NCBI GenBank assembly: GCA_016204995.1
Contig: JACQJR010000001.1
Coordinates: 369,132 to 433,131, forward strand
Source of the DNA: Candidatus Microgenomates bacterium
Lineage (GTDB): Bacteria; Patescibacteriota; Microgenomatia; UBA8517; JACQJR01
Reading direction: 5' to 3'
DNA length: 64,000 bases
Shown: positions 8,793-19,300 of the stretch, piece after piece
How the letters are laid out: each line of letters begins with the position of its first letter
Numbering within the stretch: the first letter of the stretch is position 1
Notes under the pieces: generated by a model
What the model was told of the DNA's origin: nothing
Seen by the model: the letters and a program-made list of their open reading frames with translations, nothing else
Databases searched by the model: none
Program-made: the position numbers and the translations under genes

Positions 8793-10958
8793 TTAACTTT
8801 TCTTAGCGCTAATTATTTTCTCGGCAATGTTATTGGGCACTTCTTCATAATGAGATGGTTCAACATAGGGATTGGCCCGGCCTTGAGTCAGCGAACGCAA
8901 AGTAGTAGTGTAGCCGGAAATTTCAGCTAGTGGCACTCGAGCCAGCACAATGGTAGAATTACCCCGTTTTTCCGTCCCTAAAATTTGGGCCCGGCGGGAA
9001 GATAAATCACCAATCACATCACCCATAAATTCTTCCGGCGTAGTCACTTCTACTTTCATAATTGGTTCCAAGAGTACTAAACCGGCTTTGCGGGCCGCAT
9101 CCTGTACTGCCATAGAGCCGGCAATTTTAAAAGCAATTTCCGAAGAGTCAACATCATGATAAGTTCCGTCAAAGACCGTCACTGACAAATCAACTACCGG
9201 GTAGCCTGCTAAAATGCCATTAGATAAAGCTTCAACCACTCCTTTTTCAATTGGCGGAATAAATTCATTAGGAATGGCACCGCCTTTGATTTTATTAATA
9301 AACTCAAAACCTTCTCCCCGGCCTTTAGGTTCCACTTTTAAGAAACAATGACCATATTGTCCATGGCCGCCGGTTTGGCGAATGTATTTACCTTCGCCTT
9401 CAGCCAAGCCCTTGATAGTCTCCTTATAAGCCACTTCCGGAGAACCAGTGGTCGCCTCCACCCCAAATTCCCGGCGCATCCGATCCACTAGAATTTCCAA
9501 ATGCAGCTCACCCATACCGGAAATAATCGTCTGGCCAGTTTCCGGATTGGAACGAATTCTAAAAGTGGGGTCTTCCTCTGACAATTTGCCCAAGGCTTCA
9601 CCTAATTTTTCCTGGTCGCTTCTGGTTTTAGGCTCAATAGCCAAGGAAATAACTGGATCGGGGAAAGCAATTGATTCTAAAACTAAAGGATAACTGCTAT
9701 CTGCCACTGTATCCCCAGTAACGGTTTCCCGTAAACCGACTGCCGCGACAATTTCTCCCGAGTAGGCTTCGCTGACCAACTCCCTTTGATCGGCATGCAT
9801 CAACACTAAGCGGCTAGTTCTTTCCCGTCTGTTTTTAGTGGTGTTGTAAGTCTCCTGGCCGGCTTTTAAAACACCGGAATAAATTCTTAACCATACTAAC
9901 CTACCCACATGAGGATCGGTTTGCACTTTAAAGGCTAAGGCTGATAAAGGCTCATCATTACCCGGTTTTCTTTCTTCGGTATTACCATTCCATTGACCCG
10001 TCACCGGCGGCAAATCAATCGGCGAAGGCAAATATTCTACGACCGCATCCAGTAATGGCTGAACTCCTTTATTGCGCAAAGATGAACCGCAAAAGGTCGG
10101 AAAGAGTTCGGATTTAATGGTGGCCCGGCGCAAAGCAGACTTTAACTCGTGAGTATCCGGCTCTACTCCCCCCACATACTTTTCCAAAATGCCCTGGTCG
10201 GTTTCGGCAATGGCCTCAATAGTTTGAGCCCTGTATTTTTCCATTTGCGCGACTAATTCTTCCGGCACCTCGGTCTCTGTATAAACTGCGCCTGTATCAA
10301 CTTGTCCTGAGACAGCCGAAGGATCACCTTCCCAAATATAGGCTTTGCGATCTAAAACTGACACAATGCCCCGGAAACTTTGTTCACTGCCAATGGGAAA
10401 GGTTAAAACTACAGGTTTTGCGCCTAATCTCTCGCGAACGGCAGCTAACGTCCCATCAAAGTTAGCTCCTAATTTATCCATTTTATTGACAAAAATAATT
10501 CTTGGGACATGATATTTATCAGCCTGGCGCCAGACTGTTTCAGTTTGCGATTGAACCATTTCTTCCGCATCTAACACCGTAATGCCGCCGTCCAAAACGC
10601 GTAAAGATCGCTCCACTTCAGCCGTAAAATCCACATGGCCCGGAGTATCAATGATGTTAATCCGGTAATTACCATGCTCAACGGAAGAGTCTTGTTTTAA
10701 TTCCCAAAAAGCGGTGATGGCTGCCGACACAATGGTGATACCCCGTTCCCGTTCCTGGGCCATCCAATCGGTAACAGTGGTACCCTCATCAACCGATCCC
10801 AACTTATAAGTCCGGCCGGTGTAAAAAAGAATTCTTTCGGTAGTGGTAGTTTTACCCGCGTCAATATGAGCAATAATACCGATGTTGCGGATTTTATCCA
10901 AAGCCACTTCGCGATTTTTGGTGACTACTTGTGATAGTGATGCTTTTTGCCCGGCCAT
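8793..10958 (-). CDS. fusA: elongation factor G
   Basis: 721 aa; AHIDAGKTTTTERIL, DTPGHVDF G-domain motifs; upstream of tuf. Confidence 0.97.
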   Translation of the reverse strand: MAGQKASLSQVVTKNREVALDKIRNIGIIAHIDAGKTTTTERILFYTGRTYKLGSVDEGTTVTDWMAQERERGITIVSAAITAFWELKQDSSVEHGNYRINIIDTPGHVDFTAEVERSLRVLDGGITVLDAEEMVQSQTETVWRQADKYHVPRIIFVNKMDKLGANFDGTLAAVRERLGAKPVVLTFPIGSEQSFRGIVSVLDRKAYIWEGDPSAVSGQVDTGAVYTETEVPEELVAQMEKYRAQTIEAIAETDQGILEKYVGGVEPDTHELKSALRRATIKSELFPTFCGSSLRNKGVQPLLDAVVEYLPSPIDLPPVTGQWNGNTEERKPGNDEPLSALAFKVQTDPHVGRLVWLRIYSGVLKAGQETYNTTKNRRERTSRLVLMHADQRELVSEAYSGEIVAAVGLRETVTGDTVADSSYPLVLESIAFPDPVISLAIEPKTRSDQEKLGEALGKLSEEDPTFRIRSNPETGQTIISGMGELHLEILVDRMRREFGVEATTGSPEVAYKETIKGLAEGEGKYIRQTGGHGQYGHCFLKVEPKGRGEGFEFINKIKGGAIPNEFIPPIEKGVVEALSNGILAGYPVVDLSVTVFDGTYHDVDSSEIAFKIAGSMAVQDAARKAGLVLLEPIMKVEVTTPEEFMGDVIGDLSSRRAQILGTEKRGNSTIVLARVPLAEISGYTTTLRSLTQGRANPYVEPSHYEEVPNNIAEKIISAKKS

Positions 10959-10971
10959 AAATCAATTGTAC

Positions 10972-10998
10972 ACAAAAAAGAAGCGTTATTGTCGCTTC
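10972..10998 (-). terminator. hairpin plus U-run between the unknown gene and fusA
   Basis: minus strand GAAGCGACAATAACGCTTC followed by TTTTTTGTG, ending 13 nt before the fusA ATG. Confidence 0.45.
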
Positions 10999-11075
10999 CG
11001 TAGCTAATTTTAACCTAAAATTTGAATTTAAGCAACCTATGAATAAATTATAATAATTAAGAGGCGTACTTTTGC

Positions 11076-11558
11076 TTAAGGATTTTGGTTCTCTTTATCG
11101 TTTTCTTTGTTGCCCGTCTGTCTCACTTCATTTTCATTATATCCATGTTCTTTACCCCACTTAATCCAATCAGCCGCCATCGCTTTCAAACGCCCTCTAT
11201 GTTCTGGAAGAATAGGATCAACTCCAGTAATGGTGTATAAAGCCTCAAACCAGTGATCCGGCTTTTGCGCAAGTTTCTCTAAAATTAAAGGAACAATTGG
11301 CATTCCCATCTCAATAATTTGCTGGTAGGCTGGATGTTCCACCATCACGCTAATATCCATGTGATGTGGTCTTTCTCGCACCCAGAGATCAGCCAGTTGA
11401 TTAAATTTATCTCTAGTAGCCCTACCTTCAATTACCTCATCAGTAAATTTTGTCAAAGCCTGTCTATCTTCGTTTGATATGTATGGAATCCATAGGTATT
11501 GTTCAAGTTGACTTGCTCTTTCTTCACCATTGAAGTTTGAACCTTGTTCTTTTTTCAT
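11076..11558 (-). CDS. hypothetical protein inserted between rpsG and fusA
   Basis: 160 aa ORF with no recognisable family; host-like composition; own candidate promoter upstream and hairpin plus T-run downstream. Confidence 0.5.
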   Translation of the reverse strand: MKKEQGSNFNGEERASQLEQYLWIPYISNEDRQALTKFTDEVIEGRATRDKFNQLADLWVRERPHHMDISVMVEHPAYQQIIEMGMPIVPLILEKLAQKPDHWFEALYTITGVDPILPEHRGRLKAMAADWIKWGKEHGYNENEVRQTGNKENDKENQNP

Positions 11559-11618
11559 TTGGAGTTAGTTTACCACCCTAAACTCGCTTGTCAAGCAATA
11601 TCACCAAGGAGTGATCAT

Positions 11619-12098
11619 TTACCATTTAAAGTGGGCAAAGGCCCGATTGGCTTCGGCCACGCGTTCCATATCTTTTTTCTTACCGATGGCTCCACCCAAC
11701 CCGCGACTGGCATCAATAATTTCTGCCGCTAGTTTCTCGGCAAAGGTGTGATAATCTTTATTGGAACGAGCGCGGGCGGCCATAATTAGCCAGCGGATGG
11801 CCAGAGATTCGCGCCTGGGACCCCGAACTTGCATGGGTACTTGATAAGCAGCGCCTCCCACCCGGCGAGGCCTAACCTCCATCAAAGGCTTAACTTGGTC
11901 AATTGCCGACAGAAAAATCGGTAAAGCTTCTTCGCCTGAATCTTGGCCAATTTTTTCCAAAGCCTCGTAAACTTCCGCTTGGGCCACTGATTTTTTACCA
12001 TCCAGCATGACTCCGTTAATAAATTTGGTCAATAGAACGTTATTAAAAACCGGATCGGGAGCAACAATTCTAGTAGGGGTTTGTCCGCGTCTGGCCAT
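11619..12098 (-). CDS. rpsG: 30S ribosomal protein S7
   Basis: MARRGQTPTRIVAPDPVFNNVLLTKFINGVMLDGKKSVAQ S7 signature. Confidence 0.92.
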   Translation of the reverse strand: MARRGQTPTRIVAPDPVFNNVLLTKFINGVMLDGKKSVAQAEVYEALEKIGQDSGEEALPIFLSAIDQVKPLMEVRPRRVGGAAYQVPMQVRGPRRESLAIRWLIMAARARSNKDYHTFAEKLAAEIIDASRGLGGAIGKKKDMERVAEANRAFAHFKW

Positions 12099-12103
12099 AA
12101 AAA

Positions 12104-12559
12104 TTAAGCTGCGGCTGGGGCCGGTGCGGCCGGTCGGGGCGCAACCCCTCCTCCTTCGCGACGTGTGCCATAGCGAGACCGGCCGGTTTTGCGGCCGACC
12201 ACGCCGGTAGTATCATATTTGCCGCGCACCACATGATATTTAACGCCTGGCAAATCTTTGACCCGACCACCCCGAACCATGACGTTTGAATGTTCTGCCA
12301 GTTCATGTCCTTCACCAGGAATATAGGCGGTAATTTCCTGCTTATTAGACAATCTAATTCTGGCCACTTTGCGCAAAGCCGAGTTAGGTTTTCTGGGAGT
12401 CATCGTGCGGACAGATAGCACCACCCCTCGTTTAAAAGGACTGGCTAGCTCACTAAATTTGCGGGTTCTGGTATTGAACCAACGGCGCAATGACGCGCTG
12501 CGGAATTTACTCACAGATTTCTTTCTCCCATGTTTGACTAATTGATTAATTGTTGGCAT
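12104..12559 (-). CDS. rpsL: 30S ribosomal protein S12 with Ala/Pro-rich C-terminal extension (start taken at internal Met of MPTINQL)
   Basis: [14 protein letters not shown]...[14 protein letters not shown]12 signature; the ORF-track N-terminal 15 aa ([15 protein letters not shown]) look non-native; C-terminus [13 protein letters not shown]. Confidence 0.9.
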   Translation of the reverse strand: MPTINQLVKHGRKKSVSKFRSASLRRWFNTRTRKFSELASPFKRGVVLSVRTMTPRKPNSALRKVARIRLSNKQEITAYIPGEGHELAEHSNVMVRGGRVKDLPGVKYHVVRGKYDTTGVVGRKTGRSRYGTRREGGGVAPRPAAPAPAAA

Positions 12560-12672
12560 AGCTCTCCCTTCGGTCGAGAATAATACCAATATTACAAATT
12601 TCAAATTTCAAATGTTTTATCATTGGTATTTATTGGTATTTATTTGATATTGGTACTTATTTTACCATGTTT

Positions 12673-15600
12673 TCAGCTTTGGGGCAATGGGGCTTGGGGT
12701 AAATGCGCCCTTTCAGCGGTAACAGGAATCAGCCTACCGATAATCACATTTTCTTTTAAGCCCACCAGTTTATCTTCCTTACCCAAAAGGGCCGCTTCGG
12801 TCAAGATGTTGGTAGTTTCCTGGAACGAAGCTGCCGACAGCCAAGACTCGGTGTAAAGCGAAGCTTTAGTCACCCCTAAAATGACCACTTGGGCCGTAGC
12901 CGGTTCTCCACCGGCGGCCAAGACCCGTTCATTTTCCTCCACAAAAGTGACTCGGGAAACGAGCTCTCTAGGCAGTAAAGTAGTATCGCCGGAATTAATA
13001 ATCTGCACCTTATCGCTCATCTTGCGCAAAATTACCTCAAAATGCTTGTCATTAATCGGAATACCTTGCGACTCATAAACTGCCTGAATTTCAAAAATTA
13101 AATATTCTTGGGCAGAGCGCAAACCACGAATAGCCAACACCTGTTTAATATCCAAGAGTCCTACCGCCAGTTGCTTGCCGGCCGCGATTAAATCGCCGTC
13201 TTCTACAGCCAGCTGAATAGTTTTAGGCACCACATATTCCCGTTCCTCCGGTGGTTTCACATCGGTGCTTTTAACCCGGACTTTCCAGGAATCCTCCGAC
13301 TCAACTACCTCTACCAAACCTGCAATCTCTGCTAGAGGCGAAATAATCTTGGGCATTCTGGCTTCAAACAATTCCTCTACCCGAGGTAAGCCTTGAGTGA
13401 CGTCCAGACCGACGATACCGCCCGAATGCTTCACCCGCATAGTAAGTTGCGTACCCGGTTCGCCGATGGATTGAGCGGCAATGACGCCCACCGGTACTCC
13501 CAATTCCACTCGCTTTTTGGTAGCCATATCCCAACCATAGCAGGCGGCGCAAAGTCCATAGCGAGAGGCACAAGCCAAAGGTGAACGAATTAACACTTCA
13601 GGAATTTCCATCTCAAAAATTTTCTGGGTAATTTCTTCACTCATTTCCTCACCGGCCCGAACGATGGTTTCCTTACCAACTATGACATCGCTGGCGGCTG
13701 TTCTACCCAGTAAACGGGCACTAAAGGCCCGAGTTCGTTCAGATCTTTTGACTAACACCCCTTCGGCAGTACCACAATCCTCAATTCTGATAATCACATC
13801 ATGAGCCACATCTACCAGGCGGCGTGTCAAATAACCGGCATCGGCTGTTTTTAAGGCTTGGTCTGTTAAACCTTTGCGCGAACCGCGGGCGGTAGAAACG
13901 TATTCAAAAATAGACAAACCTTCCTTAAAGTTGGATTTGGTCGGCAATTCCACCACCCGGCCCATCGGATCTACCACCAAACCGCGCATGGCGGCAATTT
14001 GCTTAATCTGCTCCCGAGAAGCCCGACCGACTCCGGCGTCAATAATTAGCTTGATAGGATTGTCCGCCTCAAATTTTTCCCAGGTCCGGTCAGCCAACTC
14101 TTCGGTAGTTTCAATCCAGACTTCCTGGGCCAGTCTCTTTTTCTCTTCTTCGGTAATAAGGCCGCTCCTGAAATTTTCTTCAATCTCTGCGACCTGCCCG
14201 TTAGCAGTTTCTATCCGCTCATTTTTCCCTTCTAAGGTGACGGCATCAGCCACGGAGAAAGACAAGCCGGACACAGTCCCGGCAGAAAAACCAATGTTTT
14301 TAATGGTGTCAATCATTTCTACTACTTCTGCTTTGGAACCGCGGGCAAAAGCGGTATTAAAAATGCCTTTGAGTCTTGCGGCCGTCACCGATTCGTTGAC
14401 ATAATTCATCCAGGAAGGCAACAGCTCATTGAAAAGTAAGCGGCCGACAGTGGTGGTTAATTTTTCTCCCTCATGGAAAATCTCTATTTCCTGCCTCAAA
14501 CCCAGTTGTCCCCGTTGGTATAAATAAATGACAGTTTCGGCATCGCCAGTAATTTCCCGCTTGGAAAGACGAGGATCGGTGGAAGTTAAGTAGTAAACTC
14601 CCAAAGTCATTTCCCGACTAGCCGGGATCGTAATCGGGGCGCCGTCAGAGGGTTTGAGTAAATTGTGTTCCGGCAACATCAGATCGCGAGCCTCTGCTTT
14701 GGCCCGTTCTGACAAAGGCACGTGGACGGCCATTTGATCACCGTCAAAGTCAGCGTTGTAGCCGGCGCAGACGCAGGGATGCAGCCGGATAGCATTACCT
14801 TCAATTAACACCGGATAAAAAGCCTGGATACCCAGTTTGTGCAAAGTGGGAGCGCGGTTAAGTAAAACCGGATGATCAGAAGTAATTCCCTCTAAAATAT
14901 CAAACACTTCCGGCACCCGTTTTTCCACCATGCTCTTGGCGCTTTTAACATTGGGGGCAATGCCTTGAGCAATCATTTCCCGCAGCACAAATGGCTTAAA
15001 CAACTCCAAAGCCATTTCTTTAGGCAAACCGCATTGGTTAAGAGATAATTCCGGACCGACTACAATGACAGACCTGCCCGAATAATCTACTCTTTTACCC
15101 AATAAATTCTGTCTAAATCTGCCCTGCTTACCGCGCAGCATATCAGATAGCGATCTTAAAGGTTGGCGCGTCCTACCCCGGCGCATCACCTGTCTTTGGC
15201 TGGCATCAATTAAAGAGTCTACTGCCTCTTGCAACATTCGTTTTTCATTCCTCAAAATAATTTCTGGCGCGCCCAATTCTAATAAATGACGCAATCGATT
15301 ATTGCGATTGATGATGCGGCGATATAAATCGTTTAAGTCGCTCGTCGCAAAACGGCCGCCGGATAGCTGCACCATCGGCCGCAGATCTGGCGGTAAAACC
15401 GGCAAAATTTTACAAATCAGCCAAGCAGGCGACACACCGGATTTTCTCATTCCCTCTATTAATCTCAATCTTTGGGCAAGCTTAATCGCCCGGCTGCCGC
15501 TGACTTCGCCGATTTGTTTACGGACCGCAGCAGCTGTCTCCTCCAAATTCAATTCGGAAAGAAGGCTATTAATCGCTTCGGCGCCCATTTTAGCCACAAA

Positions 15601-16383
15601 GAAATCGTTAGCGTCATGTTCTGCCAGTTCCTGATACTCTTCTTCCGACAAAAACGTCCGGGGAGTAATATCGCCCACCACGGCAATTAATTTTTCAAAT
15701 AATTCGCGGGTTCTATTAATAGTTTCAGCTGCCTGCTCGGTCTGGGCTGTCTTTCTTTTGCGCTTTTCCAGTTCCAGTTCCTCCAAGGCTAAAGCCTGCT
15801 GTTCAGAACCGCTAATTTCCTTTTTCTTTTCCGATATTAAATGATCAAATTCACGATCTAAGGCAGCCAACCGCTCTTTAAGCTGCACCTGCTGCTCCTT
15901 TTCCAAACTCTCTCGCTCTTTGGCTAAACCAACCAATACCCCTTTTCTCTTTTCCTCGTCTACCGAGATGACTACATAGCGGGCCAGATAAATTACCTGT
16001 TCTATTCCTTTGGAAGGTAAATCCAGTAACACTGACAGACGGGAAGGCGAGCCTTTGAAGAACCAAACATGAGCGGCAGGACAAGACAGGTTAATATGTC
16101 CCATTCTCTCCCGGCGGACCCGAGATTGAGTAACCTCCACACCGCATTTGTCGCAAACTACCCCTTTATAGCGAATTCGTTTGTATTTGCCGCAGTAACA
16201 TTCCCAATCACGGGTCGGACCAAAAATTCGTTCATCAAATAAACCGTTTTTCTCCGGCTTCAGCGTCCGGTAATTAATTGTCTCTGGTTTGGTAATCTCG
16301 CCATGCGACCAGCTCTTAATATCATCGCCCGAGGCCACTTTAATAACCAGCGATGAAAAATCAGCTAAATCTCTAGTATCCAT
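12673..16383 (-). CDS. rpoC: DNA-directed RNA polymerase subunit beta-prime, with lineage-specific coiled-coil insertion
   Basis: 1236 aa; N-terminal zinc finger CYCGKYK...CDKCGVEV; NADFDGDQM catalytic motif. Confidence 0.97.
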   Translation of the reverse strand: MDTRDLADFSSLVIKVASGDDIKSWSHGEITKPETINYRTLKPEKNGLFDERIFGPTRDWECYCGKYKRIRYKGVVCDKCGVEVTQSRVRRERMGHINLSCPAAHVWFFKGSPSRLSVLLDLPSKGIEQVIYLARYVVISVDEEKRKGVLVGLAKERESLEKEQQVQLKERLAALDREFDHLISEKKKEISGSEQQALALEELELEKRKRKTAQTEQAAETINRTRELFEKLIAVVGDITPRTFLSEEEYQELAEHDANDFFVAKMGAEAINSLLSELNLEETAAAVRKQIGEVSGSRAIKLAQRLRLIEGMRKSGVSPAWLICKILPVLPPDLRPMVQLSGGRFATSDLNDLYRRIINRNNRLRHLLELGAPEIILRNEKRMLQEAVDSLIDASQRQVMRRGRTRQPLRSLSDMLRGKQGRFRQNLLGKRVDYSGRSVIVVGPELSLNQCGLPKEMALELFKPFVLREMIAQGIAPNVKSAKSMVEKRVPEVFDILEGITSDHPVLLNRAPTLHKLGIQAFYPVLIEGNAIRLHPCVCAGYNADFDGDQMAVHVPLSERAKAEARDLMLPEHNLLKPSDGAPITIPASREMTLGVYYLTSTDPRLSKREITGDAETVIYLYQRGQLGLRQEIEIFHEGEKLTTTVGRLLFNELLPSWMNYVNESVTAARLKGIFNTAFARGSKAEVVEMIDTIKNIGFSAGTVSGLSFSVADAVTLEGKNERIETANGQVAEIEENFRSGLITEEEKKRLAQEVWIETTEELADRTWEKFEADNPIKLIIDAGVGRASREQIKQIAAMRGLVVDPMGRVVELPTKSNFKEGLSIFEYVSTARGSRKGLTDQALKTADAGYLTRRLVDVAHDVIIRIEDCGTAEGVLVKRSERTRAFSARLLGRTAASDVIVGKETIVRAGEEMSEEITQKIFEMEIPEVLIRSPLACASRYGLCAACYGWDMATKKRVELGVPVGVIAAQSIGEPGTQLTMRVKHSGGIVGLDVTQGLPRVEELFEARMPKIISPLAEIAGLVEVVESEDSWKVRVKSTDVKPPEEREYVVPKTIQLAVEDGDLIAAGKQLAVGLLDIKQVLAIRGLRSAQEYLIFEIQAVYESQGIPINDKHFEVILRKMSDKVQIINSGDTTLLPRELVSRVTFVEENERVLAAGGEPATAQVVILGVTKASLYTESWLSAASFQETTNILTEAALLGKEDKLVGLKENVIIGRLIPVTAERAHLPQAPLPQS

Positions 16384-16386
16384 ATT

Positions 16387-19300
16387 TTAAGATTTAATCT
16401 CCACCTCCATCGGAGATTCGGCCGCAGTTAGCTCGCCTTCTTCTGCTTCCAGACTGGCACCGGCTGCCTCGGCCAGCTCGCGGGCTGCTCTGGCGGTAGT
16501 TTCCCCACTCTCTGGTTCTGTTTGGGTAGCAATAACTGCTCCTTTAGGTTCTACCGACAAGTTCAAGGCATTTAATTCCCGCATCAATACTTTGAAAGAA
16601 TCAGGAATGGTGGATTCCGGAATGTCGGTCCCTTTGACAATCGCTTCAAAAGCCCGAGCCCGACCGACAACGTCGTCCGACTTAATGGTTAGCATCTCCT
16701 GCAGGGTGTGACCGGCCCGATGCGCTTCCAGGGCCCACACTTCCATTTCTCCCAAGCGCTGACCACCCATTTGGGCTTTGCCGCCTAAAGGCTGCTGCGT
16801 CACCAAAGAATAAGGACCGGTGGAACGGGCATGCATTTTATCCTCCACCATGTGAATTAATTTCATGATGTAAGCCACTCCCACCATGGTTTCCTGCTCA
16901 AACGGCTCGCCGGTTTTGCCATTAATCAGCCTGGTTTTGCCAGAGACTGGTAATCTCGCTTCTTTTAGTTTTTCGCTAATCAGCTCAAAGGGCACTTTTT
17001 CAAAAACCGGAATACCACCATGCTCGCCTTTTTTATCTAATGCCCAGCCTAAATGCGCCTCTAACAGTTGCCCTAAATTCATCCGGGCCAGGACTGACAA
17101 AGGGGAAATAATAATATCAATCGGGGTGCCATCAGGCAGATAAGGCATGTCGGCGGCCGGCACAATTTTAGAAATAACTCCCTTATTGCCGTGACGGCCG
17201 GCCAATTTATCTCCGGCGGTGACTTTTCTAATTTGAGCTACCCGTACTACCACTTTTTTCAACGTCCCTGGCTCCAATTCATCTCCTTTTTCTCTGTCTA
17301 AAATGGAAACGCCAATGACAATACCACGCTCACCATGAGGCATTCGCAGCGAAGTATCGCGCACTTCCCGGGCTTTCTCGCCGAAAATGGCCCGCAACAG
17401 TCTCTCTTCAGAAGTCAGTTCTGTTTCGCCTTTAGGCTGAATTTTACCGACCAAAATATCATTTGGCCCTACTTCAGAACCCACCACCACAATGCCATCT
17501 TCATCCATTAAACCTAGATCAGTCTCGGGCACATTAGGAATATCTTTGGTTAATTCTTCCGGACCCAGCTTAGTTTCCACCACTTCCGCTTCATATTCCT
17601 CAATATGAATGGAGGTCAAAACATCTTCTTTCACTAACCTATCAGAAACTACTAAAGCGTCTTCATAACCTAAACCTTCAAAAGAACAATAGGCAATCAA
17701 CATATTTTGACCCAAGGCGATCTCGCCGTTATCCGTAGCCGGACCATCAGCCAGGAAATCACCGCGCTTGACCTGATCGCCCACCGAAACCCGCGGCTTT
17801 TGGTGATAACAGGTGGATTGGGAAGTCCGCTTAAAGACAGTTAAATAATGAATTTCGCGCTTTTCGTCAATTTCCAGATGATCGCTTGTAATCTTTTCTT
17901 TGACTTTTTCCTCCAGTTGAATTTCAATTCTTTGGGCATCAACGTAAGACACCCGACCGGCGTTTTGGGCTAGAATCACCCAATTTTGCGATCTGGCTAC
18001 CATTTCTTCCATGCCGGTACCGACAATCGCCGCCGCTGGTTTGATCAAAGGCACAGCTTGACACTGCATGTGAGTACCCATAAGAGCACGGTTCGCCTCA
18101 TCGTGAGCCAAAAAGGGAATTAGGGAAGCGCTGGTACCGACTACTTGCCCCGGCGTCATATCCATAAAATCAATCAGTTCGGCCGGACCTTCCAAGAATT
18201 GACCTTGATAGCGCATCGGCACCCAGTCATCTTCAATTAGGCCAGATTCAGAAACTAATACACCGGCATGAGTCAAGTGATACTCTTCTTCATCATCAGC
18301 CGATAAATAAACAATTTCATCCGTTACTCTGGGCCTGATTTCACCGCGGATTTTGTCTTTGACCACCCGACGATAGGGTGCTTCTAAAAAGCCATATTCA
18401 TTAACTCGGGTATATAAGGCCATATAAGTTACCAAGCCGATGTTGGGGCCTTCCGGCGATCTGATCGGATCAATCCGACCGTATTGAGAAGAATTGATAT
18501 CGCGAATAGGAAAGCTCGCTCGCTCGCGGGAAATGCCGCCGGGACCAGTGACAGTTAAACGGCGTAGATTGTCAATTTCCGAAAGTGGATTGGTTTGATC
18601 TAAAATGGAAGATTGCGGGTTGGAGCGGAAAAATTCGTTTAAGGAAGCAATCACCGGCCGGGCGTTGACAAAAAATGAGGGGGCAACTAAATCATCGGTG
18701 GAAGTTAAGCTCATTTTCTCTTTTACTGATCGTTCCAGCCTTAACAGCCCCATGCGAAAACCATAAGTGGCCACTAATTCTCCCACCCGGCGGACCCGAC
18801 GATTGGCCAGATGATCAATATCGTCAATTCTACCCTCGTTATTTTGTAAACCAATTAAATAGCGAATCGTCCCAACAATATCTTCTTTTTGTAAAATCCA
18901 GTTCTCTTTAACATTTTCCAGACCAAGACCTAACCGCTTATTAATTTTATAGCGGCCAACCTTGGATAAATCATAGCGACGATAGCTAAAAAACAAATTA
19001 GTAAAGAAATTCTTGGCTGTGTCTAAAACCACCGGCTCGCCCGGCCGCATTCGGCGGTAAATTTCCAATAGAGCCTCGTCGGCGCTTTTGGTATTATCTT
19101 TATCCAAAGTAGCCTGAATATAACGATGTTTATCATCTCTATCAATATCGGCAAAAAGGTTTAAAATTTCTGCCTCCGTAGCAATTCCCAAGGCCCGCAG
19201 TAAAATCGTTACCATGATGCGGCGGCGGCGATCAATTCTGGCCATAATCACGTCATTTTTACCTACTTCAAATTCCAGCCAGGAACCGCGCACCGGCCTA

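Noticed and set aside
12007-12315. ORFs 12007-12210 (plus) and 12070-12315 (minus) around the rpsG/rpsL junction
   Set aside because: They overlap rpsG and rpsL in other frames or strands, and rpsL and rpsG fully account for this DNA.
13874-14404. 176-aa plus-strand ORF inside rpoC
   Set aside because: Entirely antisense to a highly conserved region of rpoC; the translation has no protein-like features.
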